DNA from: Pelomyxa schiedti
Lineage: Eukaryota > Protista > Evosea
Direction of reading: 5' to 3'
Assembly (NCBI GenBank): GCA_020536535.1
Contig: JAHLWZ010000193.1
Location: 1 to 64,000, forward strand
Length of the DNA stretch: 64,000 bases
The first letter of the stretch is position 1. Each line of letters begins with the position of its first letter. This document shows, piece by piece, positions 26,801 to 39,521 of the stretch. The notes under the pieces were generated by a model. It had not been told where the DNA came from and did not search any database. It saw only the letters and a program-made list of their open reading frames with translations. The translations under genes were made by a program, and so were the position numbers.

Positions 26801-26940
26801 CACTCGTAACCTTACTTGATCACCTGGGTTATAATCCTCACTCTGAGAATTCCCCACAAGATGCAGCAAAGACCTTACTGACACTGCTTGCGTTCCTCTC
26901 CTTTCTTGGTTTGGCTGTCCTGCCCTTATTCATATTCTGA
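20876..26940 (+). CDS. PARP4: PARP4/vault-PARP-like ADP-ribosyltransferase (WGR-like, PARP, VIT, vWA) with C-terminal half-SNARE motif, CFI-box-CTERM domain and tail anchor
   Basis: LLFHGS..GILSRGLLLP..GAGLYFSDS..CRVALGK..FDDDEY (H-Y-E triad) at about 22600-23000; VIT (AKYVFPLDEKSAVVGFE..VFTVSVGNLPP) at about 23290-23770; vWA (IIDQSASM, FILTDG) at about 24310-24990; last exon ends in a hydrophobic tail at 26940. Confidence 0.9.
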
Positions 26941-27195
26941 AATTTCGGCGAACGATTTTAAAAACAAAATCTGTCTGTTAGAACTCTCTATCCAGCTATT
27001 CTATCCCGAAAGCAGAATAACCGGAGAACGATTGCCAAAGGGTTCTCTGGTGGTGGCCTTTTCTCTTTTTTTATTTCGCGGTTGGTTCGTTGGCAACAAT
27101 CCCCGGCGAGATCTCCTTGGTGTAGCTCCCGTCTGTTTGGAAAGTCAAAGAAAAAAAAACTAGCGAAAGGAAAGCTAGTAAAAGAACACAGTAAC

Positions 27196-30100
27196 ATGTC
27201 GGGAACTACTGGCGATTTGAACGCTGTCAGTGCTGTTGGTGGTGAGCCTGTTGGAGAAGGAGTGCAGTCGCCACCACAACCGCAAAATGCCCTCCCATTG
27301 ACGCAGCCGCAACAAATACCGGCGCAAGCTACGCAGGGACAGCAATCTGTACCAGCTCAAACGGAGCAAGTGCAGCAGCAGCAACAACAGCAGAAACAGG
27401 GGGTTGGTGGGGAACAAACTGCTACGGCTACGGCTACGACTACGGCGCCGGCGTCGTCACCGTCGCCGTCACTCGATGAGGGAGAGCCCGAGGAGGAGGT
27501 GTTCACCAAGGAGGACGAAGAGGCATGCTTGAGAGAGTATTACGAAATAGAAAAGAGTTTAAAAGGTGGTTGCAAGCTTTTTGGGTGTATGTCGTTTTAA
27601 CGAGTTTTCACCAGACGGAGACCTGGACTACTTGAAACAGTTTTCTGCTGAGACATTGGAGTGCACCCCAAAACATCTATTTATGTGGAGGTCTATATTC
27701 CCACGTACGGTGTTGGTTGTTTTAAAAAAACGGTATGTCTATTAGATTTTCCCACGTTTCTTGTAACTCACTGTTAAGCTAGGGACCCAGATGAAGACGA
27801 TTTTGAGAAAATAGGCAATTTCTTTGTAGAGATGCTTACTGCTGTTTGTCGTTTTATTGAGCTTGAGGTCCCTGAAATGATGGACCTTGTTGTAAAAATA
27901 TTCACCACAAGATACCCTTTCTACAATGATGCAGATCCCTCTGATGTACTTCCTTCCAAATCTCCTATTTTTCAACCAAGCATTATCCCATAGACTGAGG
28001 AGCTCCTGTGTCGGCTGGGAAAAGTCTTCCGTAAAAATTCTGGCTACCGAAATTTATTTAGACAGATGGCACTTAGCAAAACTATGCCTCTCACCCTTTT
28101 CTGTACTATCTTGAAAATCATCCACAAGGTACCCAGAATGTTTTCCACTAGTGTTTATCTCTTTAGGCACCTGAGGATGCTGTCAGTGATCAGCTCATTA
28201 AAAAACTACCTGAGATTGTAAAAAAAAGGATTTTTCAGCTTACAGCTGAGGAGGTAAGGACTGAGTCCAAGAGCACTATTTCTATCATAATACATCGTTT
28301 CCAAAAAATTTTGCACAAGGTAGGATTTCCTTCCCTCTCTATTTCTTCCTTGACCTTTCACAAATAGTGCGATGTTGAAGATGCTGATCGGTTTGTAGAT
28401 ATACTTCTTCTAGAAGTTGCCAGGATTTACTTTAAGTGCCCATTTTTGGAGAAGAGACTGCTTGGTCTTAGTGATATCAAAGTTCTCTTCTTTCATGATC
28501 TAATTATATGAATTGATACATCACCAAGTTCATGTTGTACTTGTGATTTCCTGTCAAACACCATACCCCTGTCTCAAACTGTGCACTGACTCTTTCTCAC
28601 TTAGGATATCATTAGACGTTTGTCTTCAGAAGATAAAAAGCACCGTTCCTGGATAACAACTCAGTATGAATTTTGCTTATTTATTTAGGTAATTTTCTTT
28701 CCAGGTACATGATATCATGGATAAAGGATCAGCACATAATATCAACACTCTTTGGCAATTCCAAACACTTAGAACTGATTAGGCGGTGTGGCTACATTGT
28801 CAGGTTTCTTGCCCAAGAGCAGCAGTTAACTCTGGAAGAGATACAAGAGATTTGGAATTCTTGTCTTGTATGGTTTTACATGTATTGATACTGGAGTTTG
28901 ATCACATTTCAACAAGGGTCAACATGAAACAGTAATCTCTGCTGTGTACTCACTTCTAGAGCATATTGCATACTTTCTTAATGAAGAAGCAATTCAATAC
29001 ATCTATTCGCAGTTTAGGGCCATTCCCTACAGCAATTATACCACACAGGCCATACACTTCCTCTGTGATTTTTGCTGTGAAACACAAGTAACTGACGTTG
29101 ATCATTTCAATTTATAACTTCTTCTTGTTAGGACTCACGCTTTGGTTTAGACATTATCTGGGACTTAGTTCAAGACACTTCTCCAGTATCCACTGATCTT
29201 AGCCTTTACATTTGTGAAAAATTAGGGGAGATTCTCAAAGCACTACCACTCAGCAACTCCCAAAGGTGTCTTTCAAGAAGTTTCCTACTTCCTCCTATGT
29301 CTTAACACAAAGAAAGAATATACTACTTAGGCATGCTTCTCGATAATATTCAAAATCATCTCTCTATTCCACAGTCTTTGTACCTTTACCGTATCATTCT
29401 TGGTATCCCTTCATGTCAAATGTGTTCCTTTAACATTGTGGAAGAGGGTAAACATACTTCCCCTGAAGAACTTACAGAACGGGTTCAACTCTCTATTTCT
29501 CCGTTCTTTGCAGTAAGTGCGGTGTACTATTGATATGAAATAACTCCTCAAGGACTTGCCTCATTGGAAAGAGACTGCTCAGAGACTACCACCCACTTCG
29601 TGCGTTTGGAGTTGTTTCTTAAGTAGTTCCTGTTAATTGTTGCCAGCAATGTCGAAACAGTTGTTTCTGGAACAAAGTACAATCTCTTCTACCACGTTAA
29701 AGAGAGGCTCGATTTTATTGAATTCATATGCAAATCTAAATACCAGCTGGATCAACCTCAAATTGAGGTTTTTTTTCCCCCCCTTTTGACTTCATGTGGA
29801 CTGTAACAAATCTGCACAGATTTTCTGGGACACTCTCGTTGTTGGTGCCACCAATTCACAAACACGAGGGGTAGCGCTAGAGTGGGTACAAAGTGTTTAT
29901 TCTCTTGTCCCAGTGGTATGGATCCTATTTTTACAACCACTTTCAATCCTTTGTATTCACTTTGAAAAAGCGGTTGATGGAATTTATCTTCCTCGAAAAA
30001 TTTCCCCTGTTGGACTTCTCCTCACTCACGAAGATCTCTTTTGACACGTTGTGCTTCTTGTTTTCTGCAATTAACCAACAACGTGGGCTCCTGAAACGAG

Positions 30101-33100
30101 ACAAAGGGTAATTACCAAGAAAATAAACTGAGAACCAACTTTAACCAGGCATGACGCTAATATTATACTCTCACCCAATCTTTGTGGTTTTGATTATTTA
30201 TGGCGAGCGTTGTTTGAAGCCTCTGATGAAAACGTTGCACAAACTGCCATTACCTTTCTGGTTCGCCTTGTGGAAAAAGTATATTTGTATTCCTATCATA
30301 CACATTCAAAATCTTCAAATATTCCTTCCAGATATCCCTTGAAGCAAACCAGGCAGCTCAATTCCGACTTAACTTTGTAAACAACTGCATGCAAAAGTTA
30401 TCCTGCACTCCGATTCAAAAACTTCACGTTGAGAGAGCACTCATTGTGTTCAAGGTCTGTTTGGCGGTATAAACTTCTTTCTGCTTATAAACCTAGCGTC
30501 TACTGCAACAAGAGTCTCGTTCCTATAAACGTCATGCTCTGTGTACAAGGGGAAGGTTGATGTTATTGGATGTAAAACCTACAGGTCTACCTCCATTCGC
30601 ACTTTCAGTCTACCAAAATGAGACCTTACAAAACTTAAAAAAGAAAGTTGGAGAAAAGTATGGATGTTACTGTACTTTTATTAGTCCTTAAGTCCACTTT
30701 TAGGTTGGAAGTAACACCTGAATTGGTGCGGGTTTTTAACACATATGGCAAAGAATTTGCACCATCAAGTGACTCCCAAACTCTACAAGCCTTATGCATA
30801 CATTCAGGAAGTTTGAGTGTTGCTAAAAAGGTTAGTGGTTATACCAAAGTTCTCCGTCTAAAAAAATGTATTCCCAGGAAAAAGATTTGAAAGAAACTCC
30901 ACTCAGACCACCACCTCCACCAGTATGTTATGTTCTTCTTTTGTGTTACTTATATGTTAGCCACCGAAACAGGAGGGGATGTTCAGTGATGTACTGTGCC
31001 AAACTCATTTCTTTGAAACTATGTTTGACCTGTTCTCTCTAAATGACGATACCATATCGAAAATGGTATGTTTTACAAAGGTTTTTTTAATTTGAGTCCA
31101 CCCCTCTTTTAGGTCTGGGAGCTTCTTAATATTTTACCCACAAATCCACACCTCCTGGAAGTCATATCCACATTGTCTGAGGATGTACACAAAATTATGG
31201 AAACTCAGTAGGCTGTCTGTCACTAACACACAAGTATAACACCAAATTTTAAAAAAATAGGCCTGTCTCCAAGCTTCTCTACTCTCTGACAATTGTTGTT
31301 TCCTTCACTGAACCCAGTGAGGATCCTCAGGTTCCAACACCAATACTAGTCTCTCTTTGTTATTTTATATTTAGGAGGTGGATAAGCGTCTGAGATGGCA
31401 GGCTAGTTTTGTCAAGCATGGAGGCATCACAGCCCTTCTAAATATCCTTCAGTCTGTAGACTTCCAATACGGGAGTAACTGTCGTGCAACTCTGGCCATG
31501 CTTTTACAGATTATATCCTTTTTCCTGATTGGTTTCTGCCTTGAATCCCTTCAAATTTGTTCATCTTCAACTAGATTCTGAAGGAAATCTCCGAAACAAC
31601 ATCATACCAGTCGAGCCCAAGTCCCTGCAGGTGCTAGTCTATCGTTTAATTCTTGAATCTGCAATGAATTCAGCCCGCGGCGATTTCTGTTCCATTTCTG
31701 ATGTAACAATGGTCCTTCCTCTAATGATCTGTATCTGATTTCGATGTAGGATGGAGATGTTGTTGAAAACGGAATGAAATTGTTTGTTGCCTGTGTTCTA
31801 CATGATAAATCGACTTTTACCTCCACCATCATGGTAACTGTTGGTGCGAAATACTTCTGTCTTCTAAACATAGTTAGTCTCAAAAGGACTTTGATCAATG
31901 GTTTGCAAGTGTACTTGTTGAACCTCGAGATATGTCCATACGCTGTGCCTCTTGTGATGGCCTCTACAAGATTTGTAGTGGGCTGAAAACAGAGTATGAT
32001 CTCAGACAGTCTTTGCACAGTCTTAGATGTCACTTTTTTTTTTTCAGGGAAGTAGAAAACATGTTTACTTCCAAGTGCCTTGCCCTCTTACCATCCATCC
32101 CTCATAATTCCAAAACCTGTGACTTCTTTTTTGAATTCTTAAACAAGGTTTATTTCATATATAAAAAATGAGAATCTCAACCCCTGCAGCTCATCCTGGA
32201 CAAATGTAAGGCAGGACAAAAGCCTTCCAACTTTGTTCAACAGTTACTTTCCTGGCTTGACAGTCATCCAATGATAGAAGTGCTTTCTACACTAAACTGG
32301 TCTATACTCCTAAGTTTTACCCCTAGGATAAGGACTTGATGCAGCAAGACTACTTTGCACCTGGGTTATTAAAACTGCTTACAACAATACTGAGCTTTTC
32401 CCCTGAAATGAAGGCACCTCTAGGGTAAGTCAGCAATCTACATCAAGTGTACAAGTACCCTAACTGTTTTTCACAAGGGTAACCTTGATACCAACCTTAT
32501 TCACCAAGTACTTGTTTGATGTGCCAACCATTAATAACCATGGACCACAGCGGCCACCCTTTTTTAAGGTTTGTCTGTGCTGTAAAAGACCCAATCTCAC
32601 ATAACAAAACAAAACAAAAGTCCAAATCAGCTAGGTTTCAAGCTTTTGCAAGCCTTGTGGAATTGTGCAACCAGTGCCCCACTAATCTGTCCCAGATTCT
32701 CGCTCTTTTGTCCCCACACCATATTCATGATGATCGTCGCAACTTTTGGAATTACTACCCGTCTTCAAATGAGATATCCAGGTGTGGGTTTGTCGGCCTG
32801 AAAAACCAAGGAGCCACCTGTTACATGAATTCTCTCCTCCAACAGCTGTATATGGTTCCTCAATTTCGTAACAGGTACGAAATGTGTCTGTGGTTACCTT
32901 TCACACTTTCCCAGTATTCTAAAAGCTGAAATCCCAGCTCTCCCGTCACCAAGTGAAAAACTTGAAGACAATCCTTTGTACCACCTCCAGAGAATATTTG
33001 GGGAACTTCAAGTATTCCTACCCTTTTCCCATGTCCTTGTACAAAGAAAATTACAGGCTAGCGAACGGCGTTCTGTTGATACTAAGGATTTCTGTGCATC

Positions 33101-36100
33101 CTTTAAAACCAACGGGAGCCCAATCAACACCCACGTTCAGATGGATGCAGATGAATTCTTTGCCCAATTATGTGACAAGTTGGAGGGGTTGCTTAAATCC
33201 GCAAACCAGGTATAATTTTTCATTCAGTACAGGTACGGAGCAATAAGATAAAAATAAGGCCACAATCCTTCAAGACTGCCTTGGGGGTGTAGTTTGCCAC
33301 CAAGTTGTTTCCAGAGAATGCTCTCATGTCAGCCAGCGTGAGGAGGGATTTGTCACACTCAGCCTTGTTCTCCAAGGAAAGAAAAATCTTGAAGAGTCTC
33401 TGTACTCTCTTATTGAGGGTGATTTGCTAGATGGTGACAACAAGTATCATTGCGAATCGTGTGGCACCAAGGTATTTGGTCCTCTTTCAGAAGTTCACTG
33501 ACTCCCAGTAGGTTGCCGCAAGGAAGCGTTGCTGCCTTTCACAATTACCAAAAACGCTAGTGATACACAGTAAGCGCTTTGAGTTCGATCTAGAACAAAT
33601 GAGGAGGATAAAACTCAATGACCTGTACGAATTTCCAATGAAACTAAATTTAGAGCCCTTCACAAAAGAGGGATTAGCATCTCGTGAGGGCACCCCAAGT
33701 AGGTTCCTTCCTCTGTCTTTGATAGGAACTCAATTCCTTTCCTTTTTCCCCAGCCCAAGCGAAGCCAATGAGTCAATGCTACGATTATGAGCTAGTTGGC
33801 GTACTTATACATACAGGCACAGCAGATTGTGGTCACTACTACAGTTTTATCCGAGAGAGAGTTTCATGCAATCCCAATGAGGAACCAAGGTGGTTTCAGT
33901 TTAACGATGCGTCTGTTGATGAGATTTCCCCTGAGGTTTGTCACTTGAGGTTCCTTGATTGAAGTTAATTCCTTTCCAAGGTTATTCCAAATTCCTGTTT
34001 TGGAGGGGAGGAGGACACACAAGTTTGGGATGCAAAAGCAAGTCAGTGGGTTTGGAAACAGGTTTTGAAGTACTTATACCCTTTGCTGTATCGCATTATG
34101 TTAACCAAGAATAGACCAAACAATGCTTACATGCTTTTCTATTCCCGCGTGGATGTGAACCATTCCGACTTTCCAATATTGCCAGAGAATATTCCAAGTC
34201 CAATTTACACTTCCGTGTGGGAGGACAACATGAGATTCTTCATGGAAAGAAACATTTTTGATCGCGATTATTTCATATTTCTGTGGAGTCTTGTCCGCCT
34301 TATTGAGAAGGAACCTCCTGAACTTGGTAATTGTACTGTCTGTGGGCTTCACATTGTCACTTTATCTAGAATTTGGAGAAAGTTCAACCCTATCACACAG
34401 TACATTGAAACTCGCAGCTCAATTCATCTTTGATACTTTAAGCCGTGCTAGAGAGCGAGGGTCTTTTCTTGAGTATTCACTGAACCTGGGCCAGCTTTTT
34501 GAAAAACATATTCCTGTTTGATCTCTCTTTTTGTGTGCAATACTCACTCAGATTATTTCCAGTCATGCACCTGGTTCATGGACTACATGCTGACGGATAA
34601 TATGAGGTGGCCCAAACAAATACTTCTGGAATGCCCCTGTGAAGATGTTAGAATACCTGTTGTATCCTTATTCATCACGGTTATCAAGCACCTCAATCCC
34701 CACATTCATCATCTTCAGTGGATCTATGATACAGCAGTAAGTTCTTTTTTTTTTTTGTTAACACAATCCCACATAAATCAAGGTAGAACCTATGAATACT
34801 GATGGAGTCGACTCAGAAAAAGTTTCCTCTTTTTTCCTTACCTCCCATAGTCTTACACATGCCAGCTTTTGCTGTCACCTCCGTTGCCAGGCGTCCCCAA
34901 GTCTCTAATAATTCGGTTTATGGACAAACTGCTTAGTTTGGCATGTACATTCTTAATAGCACCAAAACGTAACTATTTTCCCAGCTTCCTACAGTAGCGG
35001 AATACTGGCGCCACTTTGCACAATACTTTCTCATGTTCCTTAGATTTGCACAGCTGGGTGCAGATGAGGTTATTTCCTCCCTCCTTCATCACTTTATTTA
35101 GTGTTGGAAATAGTGCCAGTACCTATTCTCTCGAAACGTGATTGTTCAATTTGTAGATTTTTACATGGGAGACGAGTCGCCATATTCTCCTGTTCTCCAC
35201 CTTGTTAGCGTGACTTCCCTCACCATTTTCAGAAATCAGAAAAGCGACCTAGTATGGGGGATAAAGCTACTCCCCCCAATATTTCTCATGTGCTCGATTT
35301 AATGGAATACCTTCTGAAACAAATGAGAGAGATCAGTACTTATTCAGTTTCTGACCTTGATAAAGAAGCACTTCGTTACAATGTAAGTTTCGAGCTGGGT
35401 AATAACATGTACCTCATATATTTTCAGGAATTCTATGAGAAAGCAATGCGCGAAAATCAAAATCCAGAAGCCATTGCCTCTATCGTCACAATTCTTGGTG
35501 AGAACCAGACTTTTAGCAAGGGAATTATTTTGGCAGTGAAGAGAGTAAGTTTTTCTCATCCTCCAAGAGAGATTTTTATTTCATTTTTAGGGTCTGGATG
35601 AACTCAAGGCCGAGAGATTTCCACCTTTCTATACCGCGCTTACTGCCCTGTTGAAAATAAATGATGGAGACCAACTTACACGCACTTCAAGGGCTTACAA
35701 AGCCTTGTGTTAGTATGTACATATTTCTTTCCATATTCAAACTTAATGGCGCAGTGTGATTGACAGAAATATCAAGTATCCAACTGAAACAGCTAGTGTT
35801 CTCACTTTCCTTGGCAATAAAGAACTCCCTCACCTGAGGTGAGCAAACAAAAATTGTAATCCCAAGTAATAACTCTACTAGAGCTCAGGTCTGGGAGCAC
35901 TTTGTGGACCTTGGGAATCCAGGATACCTGGTAGGCAATAAAGTCAGTGTCTGCGAAGCAACTTGTAGTCTTCTGCAAAGTTTTGTATCAGAGTCGTTAC
36001 CTGACTCGGAACTTGACAGTCTTGTGGAACACCTTGTTTCCTTCTTCAAGGATGAGAAAAATTTTGAATATGGGAAGGTCACACATCAACACTATTTACA

Positions 36101-38245
36101 TGGTGATTTAATCATTTCTTCTTCAGGATTCTCACCCCAGACAATTTGTACCGTTTCTGACACTCCTCCAACTCAGTTTACGTGGGGATTCTCAAAAGAA
36201 AATTGTACACCTCCCTTTTTTTTTAGTAGTTACTCTCATTTTCTCAGTTCCTTGAGCACATTGATGAATTTTATCCCATACTTATATCAATAGTGACTGT
36301 AAACATGGAGTGTGACGAAAGCAAGCGATCGATGGTGCTTATGTATCTCCAATACTCGACACAGTTCTCACCTTCCTTTTTCCACAACTTCTTCTTTTCT
36401 CAGTTGGATCTGTGGCACTCATTACTGCACTCATGTGGTGAAATCCTCTCCGATTTCTTGAGTAAGCCACAGCACTGGCGAGCGTTGTTTGATGTGTGGA
36501 TCTGCTTCCGTAACGACAAGTTTCTCAATGAATACAACAAAGTATTATTCCATAACTCTGTAACACTCCCATTTACTCTAACCTTTACCTTAAAGATTGC
36601 AACCCCGTCAGTCTATCGTTGCATGCTGTTGTGCTCGCAATCCAACGATCAGTTCCTCACCGACCTTGGTAACAACCCCAATTTTAGTTGGGCTGTTGAT
36701 CATTTCCTTCTCGAAAATTGGCCCCTGTTTACTGAAGTATGATATTACCTTGCAATTGGCAGTACCTTCTAACAAACAACAGAGCCAAAAGGCAATTCAC
36801 ACCATTTTATCTTATGGGTGCAGTCACAAAGATGTTGGTCCTGTCTATCGCTGTCTTATTCGAAATCGTATAGCTGCTCTGAAATCTGTTGTTGAAGGGA
36901 CTGCGCACCACGTTATTCAGTACCCACACCCTTTACAATCTTTTTGTGATAACCTCTCGAAGGTTACTTGACTACGCAACCCTCTCTACCGAGGATACTT
37001 ATGAACTGTTGAAAGCCCCCAAGTTAATGCGCTTCCTCTTTCAAGTATTTCTGGTTCTGTCAAGCAACATTATTTTTGATTTTTGTTAGGCGTTAGGGTC
37101 TATACTTGGTAATTCAAAGTACCGTGAACAGTACGCATCCACAGGGCTTACTCTCGCCACGAACGCCCTTTCATTGGTTTTGGAGAACCCATCGTCATTG
37201 ACAGCAACTCAACAAGAGCAGTTAGTGGTGGAATTAGGGCATGTGATGGTGAAGCAAATTACTTTTTGCTGTACAGCTCTCATACCATTTAGGAGTTTTT
37301 CGTAATAAAATGGGTCGAATGGGCGGCTATACCCCTGGCTAGTGATATGAAGTTGTCATCTTGCTTCACAGAAACCCTTTTTAAATGGTATCCTTTCTGC
37401 ACCAAGTGCTTTGTTCAAAACCTGGTTCTAGGCAAAACCTGAAGTTCTTGGCCGTTGCCGTTCCCCAACTCAAAAAACAGACTCAGTCTTTACTACCTAA
37501 GAGGGAATCCACCCCTCTTACATACACAATTGCTGTACTGGCCGCACAGTATGGAGTTTCGTCAACGAGAGAAGCTAGCAACCCAAATCTCATCACCGAC
37601 TCTATTGAACTTGGTTCCTCTTCTTCCTTGTTGTATTATTTTGCTGATTCTAGCGAAACAGCACTGAACGTTGTTATGTTGTGCCCAACAGACACACAAT
37701 GCTCGACCCTCCTTCTGTCCGCCTATGAGCATGACTCTACATCCCCGTTAGTGCTGTCTTGTTTGAGTAGAAGACCCGACTTTTTGGTGGATTGCTTGGT
37801 TCATCCTTCCTTCCAACTTAAGCCTCCACTTCTACCTTTCCTTGAAAGGATTTTCCCTCAGGTTCGTTTTCATCAGTTTCAAGTGCACTCACCCAATTCA
37901 AGGTGTGCGCGTCACTCGATCTTCCCCACCTTAGCATCATTCTTGATACGCTAGCCTTTCAAGTCAGAGAAGTGGTGTCCACTGCTACTACTGTGTACCC
38001 AAGTCTTCCCAAGGTTTGTGTTCTTCTCGCACCCTTTTTGGTTTCTAAAACCAAGCCAAAACAAGCTCCTGGCGGCACTCCTTGTGGTACTTCAACACCC
38101 ACAGACACGTGATTTGTTGCTCAAACAAGTGGACACCGCAGTTCTCTTGTCACTGACAACAGAGGAAACAGCCGTGCGGCTTAACCTCCAGTTCAACGAC
38201 TACCGAAATCTGGGCACAAAATTGGCACAAGTACTACAACTTTGA
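27196..38245 (+). CDS. Large ubiquitin carboxyl-terminal hydrolase, USP9/USP24/USP34 (Fat-facets-like) type
   Basis: Cys box GFVGLKNQGATCYMNSLLQQLY (about 32785), QMDADEFF, KRFEFD, His box YELVGVLIHTGTADCGHYYSFI, WFQFNDASV, NAYMLFY. Upstream Ubl-like segment at about 30550-30830, long helical flanks, dozens of introns. Confidence 0.92.
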
Positions 38246-38517
38246 AACCAAGCCCAACCCCTTCCCTGTACATTTACATCCTCACTATTCCGGTGTGTCT
38301 GTGCATTCTTGTCGGTGTGGGCAATAAAGAAAAGAAAAGTTCCCGACTCCTGCCTTTAGAACTTTAGAAAACCAAAGTGAACTTCCTCATGAACTTCGTT
38401 GGGAAATTCCCTGCCTGCCAGAGGCGTCTTTTAAGAAGTCCAACCACAACACCCACCACAAACAAAGAATAAAGAATCACAAGGCAGTGTCAACAAGCCG
38501 TAGTTACGGACGAACAA

Positions 38518-39264
38518 ATGGCCAGTGAAACCTACGAAAGACGACAACTGTACGGAGGAGCAATTGAAGCTGAGGTGCCAGCCCGCTTCGATGACATAAG
38601 GTACTCTTTCCTTGTTGTTGGCTCTTTTTAGCGTTGCTAACGATGTTGCAGCGAGGTCAGGCAGGTGGAGGACAACCAGGAAGTGTTCAGTGACGCGAGG
38701 ACTGACCAGAGCATCATATTTGAGATAGCTGAGTACGAGGACACAGTTGGCGACGGATTTGCCCCTGCACACTATCTGCAAGACATTGCCGAAGCCAACG
38801 ACGCAACTGGAGTGAGTGCCTCTGTGGCAGTACCTTTTGCACGTACTCTAGCACAGTACGGTTTTCCCCCGATACTTATAACAGTGTGCCTTCATAGTAA
38901 AACTAACTTCTTTGTTGCCCCCTTTAGGCCTGAAATCACCTACTGTGGAGTAATTGTTGGACAACAAGATGTAGCCAAGTTCCGAGAGCACGCGAGTATG
39001 TTTATCACTCTTTTTACCGATGGAGCATGCAGTCCAAATTGACTACTAAACCTAGAAAACACTGTGCGGGTGTATTTGTGTGTGATGCGGCTTCCGTCAT
39101 ATAGGACAGACCTGTTGATATCAATGAACGCTCCAATGACACTGAGTGAGCAAAGCAGCAGCTCCGGGCAATGCGGAACATTGAGTCCAATTGGAGATGT
39201 TGAGGCTGTATTCAACCATGTCATTCAGTCCTTCAACATTAAGGACTTTGGGCTCTTTGGCTAA
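38518..39264 (+). CDS. MOG1: Ran guanine nucleotide release factor (Mog1/RANGRF)
   Basis: MASETYERRQLYGGAIEAEVPARFDDIS-EVRQVEDNQEVFSD..DQSIIFEIAEY..QDVAKFRE..RLPSYRTDLLISMNAP..SFNIKDFGLFG*. Confidence 0.88.
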
Positions 39265-39521
39265 TACTGCAGTACCCCAAGTCTGTGCATACCAAATTTG
39301 GGCTATTTTGTGGTGATGGTCTCTAAAGTAAGACCGCCACTTTGTGAAAGAAAATAGAATAGAAATAATTCAGTACTTTGTTTGGAAAGTGTTGTCTCTC
39401 TTATCAGCATCATCATGTCATTACAATGAGTTCCCGGATTCCCTTTATGTCAAGGTGGAAGATCTTCATATCACAGAAATCACTAAAAATCCAAAAACAA
39501 AAAGCAGGAAAGGACAAAACC

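Noticed and set aside
26400-26940. Bacterial contamination as the source of the CFI-box segment
   Set aside because: It is in frame with a eukaryote-type SNARE-like motif and intron-linked PARP exons, with no flanking bacterial genes. Read support should still be checked.
2486-38245. Functional cluster of ubiquitin/ADP-ribose genes (PTH2-UIM, Ubl kinase, PARP, USP)
   Set aside because: Eukaryotic neighbours with mixed orientation; no evidence of co-regulation or conserved synteny.
38355-38400. Clustered GAACT motifs resembling the Entamoeba GAAC core promoter element (also at about 20545)
   Set aside because: A 5-mer too short to support without TSS data or enrichment statistics.
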